Sequence record: SRR22947725_1543 | Direction: 5' to 3' (one strand) | DNA: 42,009 nt | Part shown: in pieces, positions 1 through 7,807 of the stretch | Layout of the letters: each line of letters begins with the position of its first letter | Numbering within the stretch: position 1 is the first letter of the stretch | The notes under the pieces: generated by a model | Database searches by the model: none | What the model was told of the DNA's origin: nothing | What the model saw: only the letters and a program-made list of their open reading frames with translations | Program-made: the position numbers and the translations under genes

Positions 1-139
1 CGACGGCTAATACAGCAACAACTCTGACAATACACCAGCGCAGCTCCTCTAAATGGTCCAGAATGCCCATTTCACCGAGTTGCTCTTCCTCATTTGGCGA
101 TAGTTCTTCCTCATCTAACGATGGATCGTAATCACTCAT
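1..139 (-). CDS. tatC: Twin-arginine translocase subunit TatC, N-terminal part (runs off window start)
   Basis: Manual translation from ATG at 139: MSDYDPSLDEEELSPNEEEQLGEMGILDHLEELRWCIVRVV. The M-x3-DHLEELR motif is typical of the TatC N-terminus, and the gene lies directly downstream of tatA. Confidence 0.9.
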   Translation of the reverse strand, partial: MSDYDPSLDEEELSPNEEEQLGEMGILDHLEELRWCIVRVVAVLAV

Positions 140-162
140 AAATGAAAAACTCTTTGCTTAAA

Positions 163-192
163 TAAAAAAGACCTTCTAAAAGGCCTTTTTAT
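163..192 (-). terminator. Intrinsic terminator-like hairpin between tatA and tatC
   Basis: Minus strand reads AAAAAGGCCTT-TTAG-AAGGTCTTTTTTA: a stem with one G-U pair followed by a U-tract. Confidence 0.6.
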
Positions 193-209
193 GAATTTTT
201 AAGTAGGGA

Positions 210-494
210 TTACTTATCTTCAGCTTTAGGAGCAGCTTCAGCAGTTTCTTTTGAATCTACTTCCAACTCTTCGTCTTCCATTGGAGGAGCAATGTTAGCC
301 TTATTCACCGGAGCTTCCGGTTCATCATGGATAGCATCGTTAAAAGCGCTTTTAGCCTCTTTGAATTCACGTGTTGCTTTACCTAACGAACGAGCCAGTT
401 CGGGAATCTTCTTCGCACCGAACAAAACTAAAACAACTACTAAAATAACTAACATCTCGGGTAAACCTGGCATACCAAAACCTAAAATTAACAT
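210..494 (-). CDS. tatA: Twin-arginine translocase subunit TatA/E
   Basis: GLPEMLVILVVVLVLFGAKKIPELARSLGKATREFK matches the TatA TM helix, FG hinge and amphipathic helix; acidic tail. Confidence 0.95.
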   Translation of the reverse strand: MLILGFGMPGLPEMLVILVVVLVLFGAKKIPELARSLGKATREFKEAKSAFNDAIHDEPEAPVNKANIAPPMEDEELEVDSKETAEAAPKAEDK

Positions 495-762
495 TATTAA
501 CCTCTGTACTCAAATATACTTCTAAAAAATTACAGGCACAATCCTTTTGGCTACTATAGCCTGCTTGAATACAGTATTCAAACTTAGAGGGGGACCTGTT
601 TAGGGGGGAACTCTCGTGAGTTTTATGTAAGCAAAAGGCAATGAATCCTAACTTCACGCCAGAAAACGTTAATGAAAACGTTGATACCACACTACCGTTA
701 GAAAGTTTTTTTTACAAATATTATTCATGTTTTCTGTCTTATTTGTAATAAGTGACCCTTAA

Positions 763-2829
763 CTAATCTTCAATCAATGAAAGAACTTTACGCCCCATTC
801 CGGAAACCTTTTCTCGCTCTATCTCTAATTCAGTTAAAGCTTTAAATTTTGATAGGCCTCGCACATTATTGATCGGTGTATTCTTAATTCTCAAAACCTG
901 TAAGCTATAAGATTTTAATACTGATAAGTCGTGAAAATTCGAGTTATTACCATAAAACCTTTTCAACTTCAAAGATTTTATAGGTTTATATGAATAGATC
1001 TCCAAACCACTAACATTGAGTTCCTCTAAGCCCATAGAACCTAAACCATTCAAAATTCTAACGCCAGTATGAGATAAATTTAAATGATGAATTTTAAACG
1101 AAGATAACACGCCTATTTGTTTCAATTCCGGATTCCCGGAAAGATCTAAGTGCCCCCCTTCTGGCGTCGATTTGTAATCAACCTCGAGTTCACCTTTCAA
1201 AACATTCACTGAACTTAATAGGGCTTTAAAGAATATGGACCTCCCCTTATCCGTCTGAAATCTATTCAACAATGAATGCCCAAAGGAATTCCCAGCTCGA
1301 GTATAGCCTAAATTCTTTAACTGGAGCATCATATCAATCGAATAAGTTAGATCATTATTTCGGTCAGACTCCATACTCATGTAAATGGGTAACAACTTCC
1401 TTCTCAGGTCCAAGACCCTTTCACTCGCGGCGTCTTCCGAATATTTAAAAAAGGCGGCTATTTCTGCACGATATAGATAATAAATCGCCAAGCCATCTTT
1501 TGCCTGACGGTTGTCTTCATCAATATCTTGAATAGCTAATGCAGCCTCATAAATCAACTGTGAGTTATTCACCGCCAGTGCATCTTTTAGTCGAGTTAAC
1601 TGCTTATCGAGGAGTAACTGCTCTTTATTATCCCTTTCATCCTGTAAATTGGTCAAAGCCTGTTGAGCGACCTGCTCTTTATCCTCCAATTGCTTCAATA
1701 GATTCCCCTGAATAACAATGAAGCCAGCAAGAAGGCTTATAAAAACGCCTATAAAGATGAAAATAGAAGCAAAGAATAACTTATTTCGTTTATAGATTAG
1801 TAAGAGTTGCTTAAATAAACCCGCTTCTTCTGCCTCCGTCGCAAAACCGCTCTGCCATGAATCCACTTCGTCGATCATTTCTTCTACTTCTTGATAACGA
1901 TTTTCTGGCATCCGTGCCATTGCCTTCAGGCAAACGGCTTCAAGGCTCGCAGGTATACTGACATTTTTATTTCTCTTTCGAGGCGCGACTATTTTACCTC
2001 GGACTGTTTTGCGAAGTTGATCTGTAGTATTGCGGCCATTAATAGGGATCTCATAAGTCAACAAACTGTACAGCAATGCTCCCAGTGAATAGATATCTGT
2101 CCTTTCATCGCGAATCGAATGTTTTACTTTCACCTGCTCAGGCGCCATAAACCCCGGAGTTCCCTTGATGCGGTCATTGCGGGTCATAGTATGTATTTCT
2201 GAAGCATCTAAAGAATCCATATCCATCAGAGACTCTTCTGCATCAATATCTCGATTGGTTATTTTCCCTAGCCCCCAATCACAAAGAAGCACTTCACCAT
2301 AGTTACTGATTTGAACATTATCGGGTTTAATATCTAAATGAATAACGCCCTTTGAATGGGCATAGGCAACAGCCTCGCAAATCTTTCTAAAAATCTGCAT
2401 CAAAGCCTGTATGGGATAACGACGCAAAGAATCACTATTTCCTTTTTGTAATTCTGTCACCAATGTACTTAAACTTTGGCCCCTATTAAGTTTCATGGTG
2501 AAATAAGGAGTCCCTCCATCATCAATTCCCAAATCGTAAACCGGCATAATATTGGGATGCTGAAGAAAGGCAGTCATGCGAGCCTCGCGCAAAAAATTCT
2601 CTCTAGTCTCAGGAGTTTCTTCATTGATTAAGACTGTCAAAGCTACTAAACGGCCAGTGGTATTATCCTTAACAGAATAAACTTCTTTCATTCCGCCTCG
2701 AGCAATAAACTCTGGTTCGGTATAGCGCGTTCCACCTTGCAATAACTCGTGATATATAGTCCCAGAATTTTCTTTAAACTCTTGGGCCATATGAAAAAGG
2801 CCTTGCCATGCTGAAGGTTCCGATTCCAT
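763..2829 (-). CDS. Membrane Ser/Thr protein kinase with C-terminal leucine-rich repeats and atypical (WNK-like) lysine placement
   Basis: Motifs ARGGMKEVY, FLREA, HPNI, HLDIKPDN, DWG, GTPGFMAPEQ, DIYSLG; TM segment LFFASIFIFIGVFISLLAGFIVI; coiled coil; LRR units (LDLSGN, LNLSHT, LNVSGL, LRIKNT). Confidence 0.92.
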   Translation of the reverse strand: MESEPSAWQGLFHMAQEFKENSGTIYHELLQGGTRYTEPEFIARGGMKEVYSVKDNTTGRLVALTVLINEETPETRENFLREARMTAFLQHPNIMPVYDLGIDDGGTPYFTMKLNRGQSLSTLVTELQKGNSDSLRRYPIQALMQIFRKICEAVAYAHSKGVIHLDIKPDNVQISNYGEVLLCDWGLGKITNRDIDAEESLMDMDSLDASEIHTMTRNDRIKGTPGFMAPEQVKVKHSIRDERTDIYSLGALLYSLLTYEIPINGRNTTDQLRKTVRGKIVAPRKRNKNVSIPASLEAVCLKAMARMPENRYQEVEEMIDEVDSWQSGFATEAEEAGLFKQLLLIYKRNKLFFASIFIFIGVFISLLAGFIVIQGNLLKQLEDKEQVAQQALTNLQDERDNKEQLLLDKQLTRLKDALAVNNSQLIYEAALAIQDIDEDNRQAKDGLAIYYLYRAEIAAFFKYSEDAASERVLDLRRKLLPIYMSMESDRNNDLTYSIDMMLQLKNLGYTRAGNSFGHSLLNRFQTDKGRSIFFKALLSSVNVLKGELEVDYKSTPEGGHLDLSGNPELKQIGVLSSFKIHHLNLSHTGVRILNGLGSMGLEELNVSGLEIYSYKPIKSLKLKRFYGNNSNFHDLSVLKSYSLQVLRIKNTPINNVRGLSKFKALTELEIEREKVSGMGRKVLSLIED

Positions 2830-2836
2830 AAAAACC

Positions 2837-3439
2837 TTAGGAAAGCTCAGCTTCGAGACGAAGGATTTCTTTAAATAATCTTTTTTGAACGCGGTTTTTA
2901 TAGACGATTATGGTATTCTCCGGGAAACCGAGGTCTTGAGCAATACTCCTTACGGCTTCACCTGTCATCAAACGCTCAAAAGTAAGTCTTACACTTTCTG
3001 CTAAATCATCTTGAATGCGATCCCAAGCCATCTTGGATATATAAGTTTCCCACTCTCTCTGTGCTATATCTTCTATATCGGGTAAAGAAACCTGACTTAA
3101 ATAATCCTCCAATTCCTTCTTCTTGGATTCGTCGGCATTTTCAAGTTGACGAGAACTCTTTGACATAAAGCGCTTAACTGTATTTTTCGTCACCGTTGTC
3201 AGCCAACTGCGAAAACGCCCCTTTCCCGGGTCATATTCAAAATCGGGTAAACTTTTCCACGCCTTGAGCAGTACTGCTTGAACAAGATCTTGAGTATCGT
3301 GATAATTGATATTCATGCTTAAGACAACGGCATAAATATAGCCTTGATAATAATCAGTAAATTCCTCCCAGGACTGATCATCATGAGAGTTCTTTATCTT
3401 TTGCAGCAAAGTCTCTCGAGTATTTAAAGGCTTTTTCAT
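2837..3439 (-). CDS. ECF-family RNA polymerase sigma factor
   Basis: Sigma2 motifs (WEEF..YY, DTQDLVQ, GRFRSWL) and a C-terminal sigma4 HTH (SIAQDLGFPENTI..YKNR); ends 7 bp before the kinase start. Confidence 0.92.
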   Translation of the reverse strand: MKKPLNTRETLLQKIKNSHDDQSWEEFTDYYQGYIYAVVLSMNINYHDTQDLVQAVLLKAWKSLPDFEYDPGKGRFRSWLTTVTKNTVKRFMSKSSRQLENADESKKKELEDYLSQVSLPDIEDIAQREWETYISKMAWDRIQDDLAESVRLTFERLMTGEAVRSIAQDLGFPENTIIVYKNRVQKRLFKEILRLEAELS

Positions 3440-3489
3440 GACTCGGTCTATTTCTTGTTAGTTGGCTAATATACGCTACAACAAGTTTA

Positions 3490-3672
3490 TTACTTTCTCT
3501 CTGACTTAGCATTAGAAAAAAAGTAAAAAATCACCGCTAAGCCTCCAAAAAGCAAGCCCGCAAAAAGCCACTTTATTGAATCAGCACTTTCTTTCTTCTG
3601 GACGGCTGCCCACAAAAATAATGCACAAACAACATGGGCAATCGCTGTAATAATTAAAAATTGAATCAGCAC
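3490..3672 (-). CDS. Small two-TM membrane protein, unknown function
   Basis: 60-aa ORF with GTG start, two hydrophobic segments and a basic tail; fills the gap between menG and the ECF gene on the same strand. Confidence 0.6.
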   Translation of the reverse strand: MLIQFLIITAIAHVVCALFLWAAVQKKESADSIKWLFAGLLFGGLAVIFYFFSNAKSERK

Positions 3673-3721
3673 TTTCTATATCCAGTTAATGATATTGCTC
3701 AACCCAAAAATAGGAATAACA

Positions 3722-4444
3722 CTACTTGATAACTTGGGCTGTATAAATGGTGACTGTCCCCATACACTTGCTATCTGTGTGTAAGACTTTAAAACCACAC
3801 TCTTCAAGAAGGTTGTTCATCTCTAATGGTTTGAGGCAATTTTGAATAGAGCGATCCAAGTACTTGTAAGCCTCCACTTTTGAACCGTAAATTTTGGCCC
3901 CTAGGGGTAAAGCAAGTTTCATGTAAAGTGAATGGAAAAAGCTAATGGGCTTAAAGTCAGGAGTTGTTAAATCCAGCATACAAATGATGCCATCTTTCTT
4001 CAGAGTTCTGTGACACTCTAAATAAAAACGCTTTAAGTCTGGTAGGTTCCTCAAAACAAATGCCGATAAGACTGCCGAGAAACTATCATCCTTAAATGGT
4101 AAATCGGATGCAGACACCTGAGCTAAGCTATCTGCATTGCCTGAATTAGCTGCTATCTCTAAAAAGCGCCAAGAAATATCCGTAGAGACAAACTTCGCCT
4201 GAGGAAGTTCTTTCGCGGCCAAAGCTGATAATGAGCCTGGCCCACAGCCTATATCTAAAACTGGGGCATCCTGTAAATAGGTCTCTAATCGCTTAAGTTG
4301 AGAGCGACGCCAACCTTGGTCCATTCCCAGCGAAATGAAAGTATTTATCTTCTCATAAGAGTCGGCAATTTCCTGAAACATGGAAGAAATCCCCTGCTCC
4401 CACTCTTTCCTGGATTCTTTTGTGATACTTTTTAAATCACTCAT
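3722..4444 (-). CDS. menG: Demethylmenaquinone methyltransferase (UbiE/MenG family)
   Basis: MFQEIADSYEKINTFISLGMDQGWR, SAM motif VLDIGCGPG, LPFKDDSF, F.LRN, AYKYL..SI; quinone operon context. Confidence 0.88.
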   Translation of the reverse strand: MSDLKSITKESRKEWEQGISSMFQEIADSYEKINTFISLGMDQGWRRSQLKRLETYLQDAPVLDIGCGPGSLSALAAKELPQAKFVSTDISWRFLEIAANSGNADSLAQVSASDLPFKDDSFSAVLSAFVLRNLPDLKRFYLECHRTLKKDGIICMLDLTTPDFKPISFFHSLYMKLALPLGAKIYGSKVEAYKYLDRSIQNCLKPLEMNNLLEECGFKVLHTDSKCMGTVTIYTAQVIK

Positions 4445-5286
4445 TTTAATTCTCCTTTATCTGCCAACTCCATGAGAGGCTGATAATATTCAGGTGTAAC
4501 CGCCGCTTTTAAAAGGCCATGCTCAAAAGCTTTATTCAAAAAGAAACTCAAATCAGCCAATTCTGTTTGTCCCATACTAAAATGCAAACGATCGAGGTAA
4601 TCTATTGGATCAGCGATATCCGGGTACTGAGTTAAACAGGCTTTCTCAAAGGAAAGCTTATCTCGATAAGATTCTAATGGTGCTGATTGTAATGTTCTGA
4701 TCAAAGATGAAAGTTCGGCTTCCTTCCATTCGATTTGCTTCTTGTTAATAACACAACTGGCAAAAACAATATTGCGAGAAAATTTTTGTTGCCAAATCTC
4801 CCCAAGGTCATAGGTATACGAAAATTCTTGCTTCTGAGTCAAAGCCTCATCACCAATTGTTAAAGCTGCGCTACAATTGGGGATACCCAGCTTCACATCG
4901 TAAGGCAAACATTTATAGTCGTCAATGCCAACTTCTCGCAATAAAATCTCCATCACCGCGACAGATGTTGCAGAAGCGCTAGTAATGCGAATATCTACGC
5001 CCTGAAGTTCTTCTAAAGGCACATCCGACAATAGGCGCACTGAATCCACATAGCCTTTGGAAGAAAGGCCTATACCTGGAACTAATAAGTATTTTTGTGG
5101 ATTTTTGGCATACTCCATAAAGGACACCAGTGACACATCCAATTCATCGTCATGGATCATCTTATTCAAAACCCCGGGGCGCTCAACATGCAATTGCCAA
5201 CCAGTTAACTCTTCCGGCTTCATTTTTTGAAAAGGGTAATAAAAAGGGTAGGCGTTTAGGTATGAAATGAAACCGATTCTAAGCAT
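4441..5286 (-). CDS. mqnA: Chorismate dehydratase MqnA (futalosine menaquinone pathway); start reassigned to ATG at 5286
   Basis: MLRIGFISYLNAYPF, G.V.SV.L, SATS, L.IGDEAL, YDLGE.W motifs of the MqnA/MqnD family. The ATG overlaps the ubiX stop. Confidence 0.85.
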   Translation of the reverse strand: MLRIGFISYLNAYPFYYPFQKMKPEELTGWQLHVERPGVLNKMIHDDELDVSLVSFMEYAKNPQKYLLVPGIGLSSKGYVDSVRLLSDVPLEELQGVDIRITSASATSVAVMEILLREVGIDDYKCLPYDVKLGIPNCSAALTIGDEALTQKQEFSYTYDLGEIWQQKFSRNIVFASCVINKKQIEWKEAELSSLIRTLQSAPLESYRDKLSFEKACLTQYPDIADPIDYLDRLHFSMGQTELADLSFFLNKAFEHGLLKAAVTPEYYQPLMELADKGELK

Positions 5287-5899
5287 CTGAACCTTTCTCA
5301 AAAGTTTCACTTTTCCAACGCGTAAACAAGTCGTGTTCTGTTTCTCCCAATTGATCTAAAGCCTTACCTGCGACAAAATCAATTAAGCCCTGGGCACTCG
5401 TATTGGCATGATAAAACCCTGGAGAGGCCGGCAGAACAACCGCGCCTGCCTGGGTGACCTTGGCCATATTTTCAATATGTATCAAATTGAGTGGAGTCTC
5501 CCTGACAACCAAAATTAAAGGGAAACGCTCTTTGAGAGAAACATCCGCGGCTCTCTCAACTAAACTACCGGCATAACCTGAAGCGATACCTGCTAAACAC
5601 TTAACTGAACAAGGTATGACCAACATACCGTCATGACGAAAACTACCACTGGAAATACCCGCACCGAGATTACTGTTTTTCTCTAAAAAAAGGCGGTCTC
5701 TTTCATCTACAGTTAACTCTTCGACAAATTCTTTTATTGTCTGACCCATTTCATGAAGCCACACCTGCTTCGCTATCTGTGTAAAGACTACGTGAACTTC
5801 TGCCCCAAGTTTTAAAAGAGCTTTTATAGCTGATGCTGCATATGGGCTACCACTAGCGCCAGAAACTCCGATTACGTATTTGCGCTTTTTCTCTTTCAT
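5279..5899 (-). CDS. ubiX: Flavin prenyltransferase UbiX
   Basis: GVSGASG, ISSGSF, PCS, RAADVSLKER, VRETP, PASPGFY motifs. Confidence 0.95.
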   Translation of the reverse strand: MKEKKRKYVIGVSGASGSPYAASAIKALLKLGAEVHVVFTQIAKQVWLHEMGQTIKEFVEELTVDERDRLFLEKNSNLGAGISSGSFRHDGMLVIPCSVKCLAGIASGYAGSLVERAADVSLKERFPLILVVRETPLNLIHIENMAKVTQAGAVVLPASPGFYHANTSAQGLIDFVAGKALDQLGETEHDLFTRWKSETFEKGSDA

Positions 5900-6912
5900 T
5901 CTGACTCCGAGATGCGTCTGAACTCAGCAAAAATAAAATTTAAATAAATCTGCATTTCTGTAGCTACAAAACCCGGTACATTCTTTAAAACATCTTCCGC
6001 CTGTAGCCTGTATGACTGTAATTTACTCTCCACTAGCGATACAACGTCATACTGCTGAGCTAATTGTGAAACAATAGGATGAGAAATACCCGCTGGCTTC
6101 CCTGTCTGGATGACTACGAGTAGCTCTCGTTTTTGTTCATCAGAACACTTCTCTAATAGAAGCAACCATGGAAGAGTAATAAAACCATTAGCTATATCAA
6201 CACCCCGATCCTTGTTGTCATCTTTATTCGCGCGACAAAAATCGGCCCAATCATCAACAATTTGAAAAATCGCACCAAAAAAGCGGCCAAAATCTTTAAA
6301 TTTATTACAGACTTTTAGATCTTGACCTGCAAAACGGGCAGAAGCGTAACAGCAAAACTCTAGAAGAGCCGCGGTCTTTCTGTAGATGACCGATTCATAA
6401 TCTTCTTTGCCCGTATTTTCATTAAAGCGGTACTCTTGCTGTAAAAGCTCGCCTTCGACCAAAAGTCGAACAGTCTGACTGACTTCTTTAACCAACCAAA
6501 TCTCATCTAATTCCGCCGCTAATTGATAAATAGCTACAAAAACAAGATCTCCCAAAAGAATCGCGACACCATCTCCATAAACTTCATTCATCGTCGGCAT
6601 ATTGCGCCGCAAATGACACTTATCAATAACATCATCATGGAGTAAACTGGCGATATGTATAGATTCAAAAACAGCTGCTAAGCTATTTGCTTTTGAGTCT
6701 AATTTATTAAAACCATTAAAAATACTATAAGTAAATAAAGGTCGCAGTTGCTTGCCACGAGAAACATCTAGGGTTTCAATTAGGGTTTGACTTTGAGGAG
6801 CTAGACTCGTAAGTTGTTGGCGAATAAGAAGATTAGTTTCATTCAAAGCATCTTTATACTTATCCTGGATACCAACTAAATCTGCTTGAGCCTGTTCTTT
6901 CAATTGAGTCAT
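5896..6912 (-). CDS. Polyprenyl diphosphate synthase (IspB/HepT-like)
   Basis: GKQLRP, first Asp-rich motif ASLLHDDVID..RR, GD, KTA, second motif FQIVDD..D. Confidence 0.92.
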   Translation of the reverse strand: MTQLKEQAQADLVGIQDKYKDALNETNLLIRQQLTSLAPQSQTLIETLDVSRGKQLRPLFTYSIFNGFNKLDSKANSLAAVFESIHIASLLHDDVIDKCHLRRNMPTMNEVYGDGVAILLGDLVFVAIYQLAAELDEIWLVKEVSQTVRLLVEGELLQQEYRFNENTGKEDYESVIYRKTAALLEFCCYASARFAGQDLKVCNKFKDFGRFFGAIFQIVDDWADFCRANKDDNKDRGVDIANGFITLPWLLLLEKCSDEQKRELLVVIQTGKPAGISHPIVSQLAQQYDVVSLVESKLQSYRLQAEDVLKNVPGFVATEMQIYLNFIFAEFRRISESE

Positions 6913-7140
6913 TATTAATCCTAAAGTTCTAATCGGGCCTAAACTAGTGCATAAGGCAATTGTGGCAAGACTACTAGGACGCTTTTTAACCGGTAAAATC
7001 GTCTTAATGCAATTTTTTCACCTTTAGTAGCAGATACCCCCCAAACTTTTTTAGTGATATTGTAATCAAAGACTTGAAGGACTAGAGTAAGGGCTATTTT
7101 TTAAATTTTAAGACATTACTAAAGTAAATTACGTACTCAT

Positions 7141-7770
7141 ATGGCCAAAAGAACTTTCGCAACTATCTGGCAGCAGATCGAAAAAATGCACTCCAGCCTT
7201 GTAGAAGGCAAAAAAGATGAATCTACAATTGAAGGAACTCTTCAAGAGCTTCTCGCCAAGCCTGATGTTGAGAACATTATCGCTGAACTTGGTCAACTTC
7301 TCATGCTCGACTACGAAGCATTTAACGAGATAGGTTTTCAATTTATCCGCGATAAGGAAGATGAACGCTTTATCAGACCTTCCTTCTACGACAGTAAGAA
7401 GAAAATTATTTTCATGGACCCTTTCAGATTGTTGAGCTTTGCCAAAACAATCAAAGGTTATGCTAAAGAAATGCCCGCGGAAGCCGATTTTGAAAAATAC
7501 CGTAAAAATTCATTCCTCGCTGAAGCAAGTAAACTCCCAGAAAAAAGTATTTTATTCCTCTGTGTCCTCCAGCAAGTTGCTATTTCCGATGGTCTGACTC
7601 ACATAGGCCTCTCTGAAATTCCTCAAGGTGATTTGAGCGACACTTCTTTTTACCAAACTATTCTTTGGGCTTTCAATGAGCTCGAGAAGAAGCTTTATAC
7701 TCTAAACGGCATTAACATTCGCACAGAGTTCAATATTAGTTGGCATGAGTCTGAGTGGATTTCTGCCTAA
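7141..7770 (+). CDS. Hypothetical cytoplasmic protein
   Basis: 209-aa ORF with no competing long ORF; no family recognised. Confidence 0.75.
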   Translation: MAKRTFATIWQQIEKMHSSLVEGKKDESTIEGTLQELLAKPDVENIIAELGQLLMLDYEAFNEIGFQFIRDKEDERFIRPSFYDSKKKIIFMDPFRLLSFAKTIKGYAKEMPAEADFEKYRKNSFLAEASKLPEKSILFLCVLQQVAISDGLTHIGLSEIPQGDLSDTSFYQTILWAFNELEKKLYTLNGINIRTEFNISWHESEWISA

Positions 7771-7777
7771 TGATTTC

Positions 7778-7798
7778 CAGGCAGGTATTCCCTGCCTG
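7778..7798. terminator. Hairpin between convergent genes
   Basis: Perfect 8-bp stem CAGGCAGG-TATTC-CCTGCCTG; no strong U-tract. Confidence 0.5.
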
Positions 7799-7807
7799 AT
7801 TGCCCCC

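Noticed and set aside
292-690. ORFs 292..525 (+) and 379..690 (-)
   Set aside because: They overlap tatA in antisense or shifted frames and have no recognisable motifs.
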